Part shown: positions 16,095-24,373 of the stretch, one piece after another | Position numbering within the stretch: position 1 is the stretch's first letter | How the letters are laid out: every line of letters begins with the position of its first letter | Notes under the pieces: generated by a model | Told to the model about the DNA's origin: nothing | Databases searched by the model: none | The model's input: the letters and a program-made list of their open reading frames with translations, nothing else | Source of the DNA: a virus | Lineage: Duplodnaviria; Caudoviricetes | Virus record (IMG/VR): IMGVR_UViG_3300032053_000395 | Location: 1-28,344 of that record | Length of the DNA: 28,344 nt | Direction: 5' to 3' (one strand) | Position numbers and translations under genes: made by a program

Positions 16095-18938
16095 CTAAAT
16101 ATTCTCAAATGATGCTCCTGTTGGTGTGATTATAAATTCTATGTCTATAAATTCGAGAGATCTTGTTGGTTTGATGTAGATCTTACCTCTAAGAGTATTA
16201 CTATCGATATCTTCAGGGTCATTGGAAACAACCAAACGGAAGTCATATAGTCCTCTCTCTTTCTTAATTGCTTCAAGAATTGGATTAACCAATCTTGCAA
16301 ATTCTGCTCTTACTTGTTCATCATTCTGTTCGAATAATAATCTTACAGCGACCGCAGCAATCAATTTTCTTGCTCTTAGTAACAGTCTTCTAACATTAAT
16401 TCTATCCAAAGCGCTCTCTCTAATCTGAAGAGTTTTGTTACCCCAAATAATTGGACCGGTATCCGAGAATGTGGCGATTGGATTAATTCTCATTCTATAA
16501 AGATCATCTCTTTCGTCAAGGGTTAATTTTTTGGCCGCTTTAATGGCGCTTACAATACCTCTTGAATATCCTGCTACTGCAAACCATGGATAAGAAACAT
16601 TGTCTGTCAAAGCAATGTTTCTTAAAACTTCGCCAGTAGGTGGAATATAAAGTTGTGTTGAATTTTCATTATCTCTTATCTGAATCCATGGCCAGTATAA
16701 AGCCGAGTAATTGGAGTCGAGATTAATTGTATCGACCAAGTCAATAATTTCAAAAACTGTTTGAACGTTTGGTGTCGAAATTATATAAAGAGAATCGGCT
16801 CTGTCCTCCTCAACCATATCTATGGCTTCTTCGGTTAATGAAGAATTATCATAAAAGTTAATACCTGGTGTAGCAAAAATATTGATATCAATAGCTTCGG
16901 CATTACCAAATGTTGTAATGCCCGCAAGATATGCATAATAGTCTGAATTTCCGATATTGGGATCAAAACAGCCACCATTATCTGTATTATTGTCATCATA
17001 AGTTGCTTTACCATATTTGAATTCGTCTCCAAATGTTCTTACATCTCGGTAAATGTCCCAACCATCAAATCCTCCGTTTAAAGCAAATGTAAATTTGCGA
17101 TATGTGATGTCTATTAATTTATTATCGACTCCTCCTGTTTGTCCTTCTAGATCATATGGTGTACAATCAAATTCAAAACCTGAAATAGTACTACCTGTTA
17201 ATATTGCTGCTTGAGAAGATAAATGGAATCCAGGCGTTGTTGTGTTAGCGTTTTTACCTTTAAATTTAAACATACTATTATCGTATCCTATTTGAGTGGA
17301 TAATCCTAACATAACTCTTCTGATTTTATCTCCGGAATAGTCTTCTTGTATTCCATCCCATGTATATGTAACAGCATCACCAGCATTATTGTATTCGGTT
17401 TTAAATAAAACTCCTCCTAATACTGATGTATCTAATTGATCAGTAGTAAATCCTCTAAATCCTGCAGGAATAGCATCGGTAGGATGATCATTTGCCATCT
17501 CCAACATAATATATTTTGATCTTAATTCATATTCTGTGTCCGATGTTCCAACTTTCAATGCAATATATCCAGGTAAATCCGGATTCATAGAACATCTTGA
17601 AAATCTTTCAAGTGTAACCATATTTTCGTCTGTATCATTGAAATCACGGACAAGAATATCAAATTCGGCAGTATCAAGGTCGATGTTTATTATACTGATT
17701 TTAACTTGAACATTCGATGCATCTCCGTCAGAAATAGCAATTACTCTAAATAGATCAGCAACAACTCCGCCTCGTACTTCTGATACAACATATGGTGAAG
17801 CTGCCGTTTGCCATGTAGTTAAAAAGTCTTCGTCAACACTATGATAAATTGGAGTTACACTTAGACCTCTAATTAATCCACGGTCTTTTAATGCTTCAGC
17901 AAATTTTGGATATGATTCAAAAACATATATTGGGTAATTGGTTTCATTCTTGTCGAAAATGCTGGTTCCCAATACTTTTCTTATGTATTTAGTTGATGTG
18001 TTATTTAAAGAACACACGAATGACCTTGTTTCTCCGACTTCGCCATCTGTAGTGACAGTAAGTGTAAATTCTTCTAATGGATCTGTTTCAATTGCATCAC
18101 CTGTCATAGTTAGTCCGGTTTGTTCTGTCACTTGTAAAGATAATGTGGATATGCGATAAGAACCTCGCGATCTTAAAGCTGCAAGTACAATATTGTCATA
18201 CTCATTTATAGTAACTCCTTCGTATGTAAATCTTGTTACTCCAAATTGTTCTGTGGACGCCGAATAAACAAAAAGATACGAATATACATTAATGTTGGGG
18301 CTTGTTCCATCAAAGAAATAATTATACCAGGCAAAATTTGTAATATCACCAATTGGCCCTGTAATTTCCGAAACCGCGTATAAACCCGATGTTGCAGATT
18401 CTGGTACTAATCCTATAGTAAACCATTCGCTATCATTGTATACATTACTAGAAATAAATTCAGTAACAGAACTGCCATCTGTGGCGGTCTTTCCTGATAA
18501 TTCAGAATACATAGTACTACCAGTTATACCTGTCGTTGTTGGTATTAATGTTGCTGGCGCGCTTTCACTTGGCGTTGCGGTAGAGTCGAAATCAAGACTA
18601 CCTAATGTTGCAATACCATATGTTGTTGCAGGCAGATACCCGGTTAAACCAAGAATTCTTGTTACAAATAATTGATTTGATTCCGCAAGATATGATTTGG
18701 CGAAATATGGAAGTTCGTATGATGGATTATCATTACCGTCTTTTAACGGGGATGTTGTTCCAAAATATGTTCTAAATTCGTCAAAGCTTTTTATTAATAC
18801 AGGTTCAAACGCAGGTCCTTTTAGCGTTTCACCTACCATGCCCAAAGTAGTTACTCCAACACTTTGTGCAACGAATGTTAAGTCTTTCTCGGAGGTATAT
18901 ACACCCGGAGAAACGAATACTCTGTTTGATGTTGCCAT
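16095..18938 (-). CDS. Tail sheath protein (T4 gp18 family)
   Basis: 947 aa. N-terminal FVSPGVYTSEKDLT..GETLKGPAFEP. C-terminal YSALYWPW, PWFAVAGYSRG, RINPI, WGNKTL, LDRINVRRLL, LFEQND and IYIKPTRSLEFI are canonical sheath motifs. Confidence 0.95.
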   Translation of the reverse strand: MATSNRVFVSPGVYTSEKDLTFVAQSVGVTTLGMVGETLKGPAFEPVLIKSFDEFRTYFGTTSPLKDGNDNPSYELPYFAKSYLAESNQLFVTRILGLTGYLPATTYGIATLGSLDFDSTATPSESAPATLIPTTTGITGSTMYSELSGKTATDGSSVTEFISSNVYNDSEWFTIGLVPESATSGLYAVSEITGPIGDITNFAWYNYFFDGTSPNINVYSYLFVYSASTEQFGVTRFTYEGVTINEYDNIVLAALRSRGSYRISTLSLQVTEQTGLTMTGDAIETDPLEEFTLTVTTDGEVGETRSFVCSLNNTSTKYIRKVLGTSIFDKNETNYPIYVFESYPKFAEALKDRGLIRGLSVTPIYHSVDEDFLTTWQTAASPYVVSEVRGGVVADLFRVIAISDGDASNVQVKISIINIDLDTAEFDILVRDFNDTDENMVTLERFSRCSMNPDLPGYIALKVGTSDTEYELRSKYIMLEMANDHPTDAIPAGFRGFTTDQLDTSVLGGVLFKTEYNNAGDAVTYTWDGIQEDYSGDKIRRVMLGLSTQIGYDNSMFKFKGKNANTTTPGFHLSSQAAILTGSTISGFEFDCTPYDLEGQTGGVDNKLIDITYRKFTFALNGGFDGWDIYRDVRTFGDEFKYGKATYDDNNTDNGGCFDPNIGNSDYYAYLAGITTFGNAEAIDINIFATPGINFYDNSSLTEEAIDMVEEDRADSLYIISTPNVQTVFEIIDLVDTINLDSNYSALYWPWIQIRDNENSTQLYIPPTGEVLRNIALTDNVSYPWFAVAGYSRGIVSAIKAAKKLTLDERDDLYRMRINPIATFSDTGPIIWGNKTLQIRESALDRINVRRLLLRARKLIAAVAVRLLFEQNDEQVRAEFARLVNPILEAIKKERGLYDFRLVVSNDPEDIDSNTLRGKIYIKPTRSLEFIDIEFIITPTGASFENI

Positions 18939-18980
18939 TGATTCTTATAGTTAGTTAATTATTTATTACTTTTATTACTA

Positions 18981-19065
18981 ATAAATATCTTTATTTTTAT
19001 CAAAGAATTAATCATTAAAAAATTAAAAGATAGTATTTTATCTTTTTTTACTATTATTTATCTTT
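18981..19065. promoter_or_regulatory. Divergent promoter region with repeated TATCTTT/AAAGATA boxes (candidate RHH operators)
   Basis: TATCTTT at 18986, 19039 and 19059, and AAAGATA at 19026. Perfect inverted repeat AAAAGATA-N6-TATCTTTT at 19025-19046. The outer boxes overlap TATTTAT elements of the sheath gene (18981-18987, minus) and of the small plus-strand gene (19055-19061). Confidence 0.5.
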
Positions 19066-19078
19066 ATATATAAACGAT

Positions 19079-19252
19079 ATGAATAAAAACATTAAAATCA
19101 GTGAAAAACATCATCAAATATTAAAATCCTATTGTGATAGAACAGGATTAAGAATGTATCGCGTAATAGAAAAATGGATTGATGAGTTGGACAGAACAAA
19201 GAAAGATGATGGATTAAAATCAAAAAGAAAAGACATATATGATGAGGCATAA
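19079..19252 (+). CDS. Ribbon-helix-helix (CopG/Arc-like) DNA-binding protein; not in the ORF track
   Basis: 57 aa, MNKNIKISEKHHQILKSYCDRTGLRMYRVIEKWIDELDRTKK...: an alternating N-terminal beta strand (KNIKIS), a helix, a G turn and a second helix. Exactly fills the gap and stops 1 nt from the convergent stop at 19254. Confidence 0.75.
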   Translation: MNKNIKISEKHHQILKSYCDRTGLRMYRVIEKWIDELDRTKKDDGLKSKRKDIYDEA

Positions 19253-19253
19253 A

Positions 19254-20504
19254 TTACCTTAAATACACAATTCCAATTCTAGAACCAACAACAGGAGTGT
19301 ATTGATATGTTACCTGATTTCCGGACCAAGTAAATCCATTACCATCTTCTTCTACAAGTCCGTTAGTTTCAACATAAATTACATCAGATATTTGATGATC
19401 GACAGTAAAAACTAAAGAAGATCCATTATATTCAAAATATTGGGTTGATAAGAATAATAATCTTCCATATGAATCTTGAAACACATTACTTTTGCCCGCA
19501 TAATATAATATTGTAATAAGACTTCCGGCGATTGGCGCGGTCACAAAAGTTATTCTTGGTGTTCCTGTGATCCAATAATAATCAATATCTCTTTGCTGAA
19601 CTAGTCCGTTAATTGCGACAAAAAATAAGAATCCAATACTTTCGCCAACGCTAAAAGTAATTTGTGTTCCATTTGCGGTAAATGACGCAGTCGTAACTTC
19701 AATAGTTCTATTTGTATATTTTTTTGTATAATTTTTTGTATCCAAAAATTCATACATTAACATTGCTCTTGCTATTGCCGGCTTAACTTCAAATTCCTCG
19801 GAATCAATTAAAAACCCCAACATTGTAAATTCATATGTTTGTAAATAAAATCTACGATTTTCCAAGGAGTCAATTGGAGAATTATCACTAATTCTATCCA
19901 AAATAATTGGAATATAATGTCCTTTTACTGTCGTGTATGATTGTCTTGATGAAAACCTTTGTAACACAATTTTATTAAATTTATTTAAATCTCTAAATTT
20001 TTGACAAACTATTATCACCTCAAATCCTATATCAATAGCAACCGGCTGTGGCATTTTGTAAACATCTGCTCCTGCCATATTGCCGTTCCATGTTTTAACA
20101 GTTGCATAATAAATCTGTCTTCTATCGGGAATTGTTCTTTGAATATTCGGGTTAGTTCCGGGCTGAACATCGGGCTTTCTTATGACGCCAATAAATGGAA
20201 CTTTCATATTGCCATCTTCATCAGAGAATGTCCAAGTATTTGTAATTTCGCCCCATCTTTGAATAGTTAAAATTTTCGGTATTATAGGAATTTGAGTACC
20301 ATCAGAAATCACCTTTAGATTTGATTTAACGAACTCCAACATTCCCATATCTAAATCATCATGTAATATCTCATCAGGTAAATAGGTGTCAGATTTCGTT
20401 ATTCTATCCAATAATTCTTGTCTTCTAGGAACCAGCTCCTCGGATGATGGCTCTGTTCCGACTTGTCTATAAACATTGATGTTATTTTTCTTTGGTAAAC
20501 CCAT
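19254..20504 (-). CDS. Tail terminator / sheath stabiliser-like protein (gp15-like) with two C-terminal beta modules
   Basis: 416 aa between the neck and sheath genes. PQPVAIDIGFEVII...DLNKFNKIVLQRF...YEFTMLGFL is a tail-completion-like pattern. Assignment mainly by synteny. Confidence 0.55.
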   Translation of the reverse strand: MGLPKKNNINVYRQVGTEPSSEELVPRRQELLDRITKSDTYLPDEILHDDLDMGMLEFVKSNLKVISDGTQIPIIPKILTIQRWGEITNTWTFSDEDGNMKVPFIGVIRKPDVQPGTNPNIQRTIPDRRQIYYATVKTWNGNMAGADVYKMPQPVAIDIGFEVIIVCQKFRDLNKFNKIVLQRFSSRQSYTTVKGHYIPIILDRISDNSPIDSLENRRFYLQTYEFTMLGFLIDSEEFEVKPAIARAMLMYEFLDTKNYTKKYTNRTIEVTTASFTANGTQITFSVGESIGFLFFVAINGLVQQRDIDYYWITGTPRITFVTAPIAGSLITILYYAGKSNVFQDSYGRLLFLSTQYFEYNGSSLVFTVDHQISDVIYVETNGLVEEDGNGFTWSGNQVTYQYTPVVGSRIGIVYLR

Positions 20505-20505
20505 A

Positions 20506-21021
20506 TTAAATTCCTCTAAATTCGTTTTCTTGTACTGGCACGCATATTATTGTTCTATATGATGGTTTATATCCGAAATGATGATGTTTATTATCTGCAT
20601 TAACTTTACCATCGTTTGCAACAGTATAAAATCTCACTCTACTTTCGCTATCAGGATATCCGACATAATCGCCAAATTTTATGTCTATACCCAAATCCGC
20701 CAAATGTTTTACATATACAGATAAAATCATATTACCGGGTTCGAGATATCTTAATATACCACTTTTATACGATTTCATTTCTGCAGAAACAACATGAACT
20801 AACGCATTAAATTCAACCGGCAATTTATATTTAATTTGATCTTTTCCAACTTCGCCATAAACATCATCTGTGTCTGTTGTTGTTCTATCTACAGAATAAA
20901 GAACGGGTTTCATGTTTAAGTCGCCGTGCAAATATTCAATACCTAGCTGGATATGTAAATCAAAATCATCTTCCGAAAAAAACTTCGAAAGCCTCGTTAT
21001 GGGGAGTTTATTTTCTGCCAT
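20506..21021 (-). CDS. Neck / head-closure protein (gp14-like)
   Basis: 171 aa with DDVYGE, LGIDIKFGDYVGY and FYTV motifs resembling gp14-type head completion proteins. Upstream of the tail terminator gene. Confidence 0.6.
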   Translation of the reverse strand: MAENKLPITRLSKFFSEDDFDLHIQLGIEYLHGDLNMKPVLYSVDRTTTDTDDVYGEVGKDQIKYKLPVEFNALVHVVSAEMKSYKSGILRYLEPGNMILSVYVKHLADLGIDIKFGDYVGYPDSESRVRFYTVANDGKVNADNKHHHFGYKPSYRTIICVPVQENEFRGI

Positions 21022-21078
21022 ACATATAAATAGTTTAAAAAATCATTCTAATTATGTATATTATACTATAATTTAAAT

Positions 21079-22872
21079 ATGGAGACAAAGATACCTGAAA
21101 TTGAGGCGAGAAACATTCTATTGACATATGATGGGGCCAACAATCAGTTAATAGAATGGAAAACAAAATTTTTAAATAATAAAAATTTTAAACTAACACG
21201 CCCACAAGCTGATTACGTATTGAAATATCATCAAACAACGCCAAAAGTTGCTAGAAAATACATTGACATTGTTGCATCGTTTGGAGAAAAGATACAAGAA
21301 GAGAAATTACTTCCAAAACCAATTGAAAAGATATGGTGTGAGAAATTATTGTGTGAATCAGACAAAGCTTTTCATATTTGGGGTAAAATTTTTGATACGG
21401 AGCAAAATCACGGAATATGGCTACCTAAAGGAGCAGTGTTACAACCCGAAAAAAAGTTAAATCGTGTTATAGATTATTCAAAATACAGTAATCGCCCTCC
21501 TCTGCCATGGCAACCATTAGCAATTGAAAAACTTTTGGCTAATGATAAGTTCATTTTAGCAGATGAAATGGGCCTTGCAAAAACTGGCTCGTCGATTATG
21601 GCGGCTTTAGAATTAGGAGTAAAAAAAGTTTTAATTGTGTGCCCTGCATCTGTTAAAATTAATTGGAAAAAAGAAATACGATTCTATACAGATAGACCAG
21701 TTTTAATTGTTGAAGGTCGAAAATGGGGATCAACTTATGATTTTTATATTATAAATTATGATATTCTTAAAAATTATCACACAACAGATAAAAAAGAAGA
21801 AAATGATGATTTAAAGTTAATAACTAAAGAGAATTTCGAACTTGCAATCGTCGATGAAGCTCATTATGCCTCTAATGCTACCGCAAATAGAACAAAATTG
21901 ATAAACGATATTCTCGAAAATATTCCCAAAATATGGTTATTAACTGGAACTCCAATGACTAACAGGCCAATTAACTACTATAACTTATTAAAATTGGTTG
22001 ATTCATCTGTAGCATTGAATTGGCAACACTATGTTAAAAGATATTGTAAAGGATTTAGGATGAAAGTTAATGGTAGAACAATATGGAATACAAGTGGTCA
22101 TAGTAATTTAGATGAATTAAGGGAAAGAACCAAAAGTGTTATGTTACGAAGGTTAAAATCTGAAATATCCGGTCTGCCAGAAAAAACTATTTCTCCAATA
22201 TATCTTGAATTAAAGAGCACGTATTATAATGAAGAACTGGAAGATTTCATGAGAATTAGTGAAGAAAACAAACATCGGACAACTCTTAATATTAATACTC
22301 AAGAGGAAGAACCCGATCCAGAGAATGTTGTTGCTATTTTGGGCCGTCTTATGAAGGTTAGACAGGTTCTCGCATTTGAAAAAATACCATATACTTGTGA
22401 ATATATAGATAAATGTCTTGAACTAGATAAAAAGGTTCTTGTTTTTACCAATTTTACTATGCCGTTGGATATATTACACGAAAAATACCCCAAAAATTCA
22501 GTAATATATGATGGTAGAATGTCTGCAACCAAAAGGGAAGAAGCAAAAGAGAAATTTCAGAATGATCCAAAAATAAAAATCTTAATTGGTAATATTATTG
22601 CTGCTGGCATTGGTATAAACTTAACCTCCGCCGAAGTTGTTATAATGAATGACTTATCGTTTGTTCCTTCTCATCATTCACAAGGAGAAGATCGGGCATA
22701 TCGCCAGGGACAAATGAAAGATGTTCTTGTATATTATCCAATATTTGAAAACACTATTGAAATGATTATTTATAATATTTTACAAAGGAAAAAAGATGTC
22801 ATAGACCAATCAATAGGTGATGGAGAATATTCCGAAAGTTTTGGCAAAGAATTACTCAAGGAGTTGTTTTAA
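21079..22872 (+). CDS. SNF2/SWI2-family (SMARCAL1/HARP-like) helicase/ATPase
   Basis: 597 aa. Motifs: ILADEMGLAKT (I), LIVCPASVKINW (Ia), DEAH (II), LTGTPMTNRP (III), GIGINLT (V), QGEDRAYRQGQ (VI). Confidence 0.92.
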   Translation: METKIPEIEARNILLTYDGANNQLIEWKTKFLNNKNFKLTRPQADYVLKYHQTTPKVARKYIDIVASFGEKIQEEKLLPKPIEKIWCEKLLCESDKAFHIWGKIFDTEQNHGIWLPKGAVLQPEKKLNRVIDYSKYSNRPPLPWQPLAIEKLLANDKFILADEMGLAKTGSSIMAALELGVKKVLIVCPASVKINWKKEIRFYTDRPVLIVEGRKWGSTYDFYIINYDILKNYHTTDKKEENDDLKLITKENFELAIVDEAHYASNATANRTKLINDILENIPKIWLLTGTPMTNRPINYYNLLKLVDSSVALNWQHYVKRYCKGFRMKVNGRTIWNTSGHSNLDELRERTKSVMLRRLKSEISGLPEKTISPIYLELKSTYYNEELEDFMRISEENKHRTTLNINTQEEEPDPENVVAILGRLMKVRQVLAFEKIPYTCEYIDKCLELDKKVLVFTNFTMPLDILHEKYPKNSVIYDGRMSATKREEAKEKFQNDPKIKILIGNIIAAGIGINLTSAEVVIMNDLSFVPSHHSQGEDRAYRQGQMKDVLVYYPIFENTIEMIIYNILQRKKDVIDQSIGDGEYSESFGKELLKELF

Positions 22873-23089
22873 TCCTCATCAGGAATTTTGCAAGACGATT
22901 CATGAAAACATTGTCATCGTATTCACCAATCACTATTTTAACATAAAGCCTTCCTCCTTTTTTCGTTTTTTTTATGGTACTCTTTTCATCAATCGCATTT
23001 TCAATTTGAAGATCAATATGTTTTTCAAAACAATATCGATTTAAATCAAGCAGAAGATCGGTCATCTCATCAATTACATTTTTCGTCAT
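22856..23089 (-). CDS. Small hypothetical protein (77 aa; start revised to ATG 23089)
   Basis: Fills the gap between the helicase and neck genes. ATG with an A-rich leader and TATATTTG upstream (23132-23125). Convergent 17-nt overlap with the helicase. Confidence 0.55.
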   Translation of the reverse strand: MTKNVIDEMTDLLLDLNRYCFEKHIDLQIENAIDEKSTIKKTKKGGRLYVKIVIGEYDDNVFMNRLAKFLMRIKTTP

Positions 23090-23158
23090 ATTATTAGATA
23101 TTTGAGTTTGTTTTGTTATTATATCAAATATACAAATATTTATAGAAAAAGTCAAATT

Positions 23159-24274
23159 ATGGCAACAGTTATTAGTTCAACCGACAGAGAACGTCTTTTT
23201 ACCCAAGTTCTTCATCTTTTAGGGATGCCAGTTCGTGGAGTCGAGATTACAGAAGAACAAATGGATTCACTTTTGGAATTATCAATATCCGAATATGAAC
23301 AATATGTAAATGATTGGTTGATCGAATCACAGTGGCCAACATTGGCAGGACTAGATATTGACACACAATCTTTAACAAGAGCATTTACTACAAGAAGTTT
23401 GGACTATCAGACGCAATATACATATGCATATTCTAAAATTGTGGGATTACAAGCCGGCGGTAAATATGTGTTAAAAAAAGATAGTTTTCTTTTAGTTGCT
23501 GGACAACAAACATATGTGATTCCTGCTGGCCGTGAAATAAATGAATTATTATGGTTCACGAGAGCCGAATTAACAGATTCAATTATTGATCCATTCTTAG
23601 GTGGATTTGGTGGGCTCGGTGGCGTTGGATTTGGTGGCGTTGGAGGATTTGCTCAGGTTGGGGTATCGGGTTCATATTTCATGTTACCAGCATACGACCT
23701 TTTATTAAGGATGCAAGATAGAAATATAAAAAATAGATTAATTGGCGGAGAATTAACATATAGAATTACAGCACTTGAAACCGGCGAAAAATTAGTTCAT
23801 TTATACAATACCCCAGGCGGAAGATTTGATTTCGGATCTATAAGAAGTAACAATTATGCCGTTTGGTATTGGTATTACGATACGGTCAGTCATGATGATT
23901 GTCTTGATCAAAATAAAGACATTGTTAAATTACCATCGGATGTCGATACCGAATTTCTTACGTGGGACAAATTAAATGGACCTGCTCGAAACTGGGTAAG
24001 AAAATATTTTATTGCCTATTGTAAAGAAGCATTAGCAAGAATTTGGGGTAAATTTTCAGGAGAATTACAAGTTCCAGAAAGTGCAGTGAAATTAGACTAT
24101 CAAAGTTTACTTACTGAGGCAAAAGATGAAAAATTAAAAATGATTGAAGAATTAATGGCCAGATTAGAAAGACTTCGTCCAGATAAAATGCTTGAAAGAA
24201 CGGCAAATGAAGCCGAATCTCTTAATAAGAGTCTCAAATACAGAGCAATGGTCTATCCAATTCAAGTAATTTAA
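23159..24274 (+). CDS. Neck / head-tail adaptor protein (T4 gp13-like); start revised to ATG 23159
   Basis: 371 aa. LGMPVRGVEITEEQMD at the N-terminus and WVRKYFIAYCKEALARIWGKF...LDYQSLLTEAKDEK near the C-terminus match gp13-type neck proteins. TATTTAT 15 nt upstream of this ATG. Confidence 0.8.
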   Translation: MATVISSTDRERLFTQVLHLLGMPVRGVEITEEQMDSLLELSISEYEQYVNDWLIESQWPTLAGLDIDTQSLTRAFTTRSLDYQTQYTYAYSKIVGLQAGGKYVLKKDSFLLVAGQQTYVIPAGREINELLWFTRAELTDSIIDPFLGGFGGLGGVGFGGVGGFAQVGVSGSYFMLPAYDLLLRMQDRNIKNRLIGGELTYRITALETGEKLVHLYNTPGGRFDFGSIRSNNYAVWYWYYDTVSHDDCLDQNKDIVKLPSDVDTEFLTWDKLNGPARNWVRKYFIAYCKEALARIWGKFSGELQVPESAVKLDYQSLLTEAKDEKLKMIEELMARLERLRPDKMLERTANEAESLNKSLKYRAMVYPIQVI

Positions 24275-24321
24275 AAATAATTTTTTATTTCAATTTTTTT
24301 TGTTTATATTTGTTGCGTTAA

Positions 24322-24355
24322 GACAAATTACGGAAAATCCGTAAATTAATGTGTC
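24322..24355 (+). promoter_or_regulatory. Hairpin in the DNA polymerase leader
   Basis: TTACGGA-AAA-TCCGTAA (24328-24344) with outer GACA/TGTC pairing. Lies downstream of TATATTTG (24305-24312) and 18-29 nt before the ATG. Confidence 0.5.
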
Positions 24356-24373
24356 AAATTAAAGAATATAAAC

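Noticed and set aside
7101-18938. Bacterial extracellular contractile injection system or T6SS rather than a phage
   Set aside because: Neck/head-joining genes and a phage-type family B polymerase are adjacent, indicating a head-bearing virus.
498-18954. Numerous short antisense or alternate-frame ORFs (e.g. 498..833, 5039..5401, 8842..9318, 13256..13636, 14570..14881, 18697..18954)
   Set aside because: They are shadows of long, motif-supported genes, with Ser/Phe/Ile-rich antisense composition and mostly non-ATG starts.
23102-23158. Upstream extensions of the neck gene (from 23102) and of the 99-aa ORF (to 23155)
   Set aside because: Non-ATG starts that overlap each other across an AT-rich divergent promoter region. 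Internal ATGs at 23159 and 23089 fit better.
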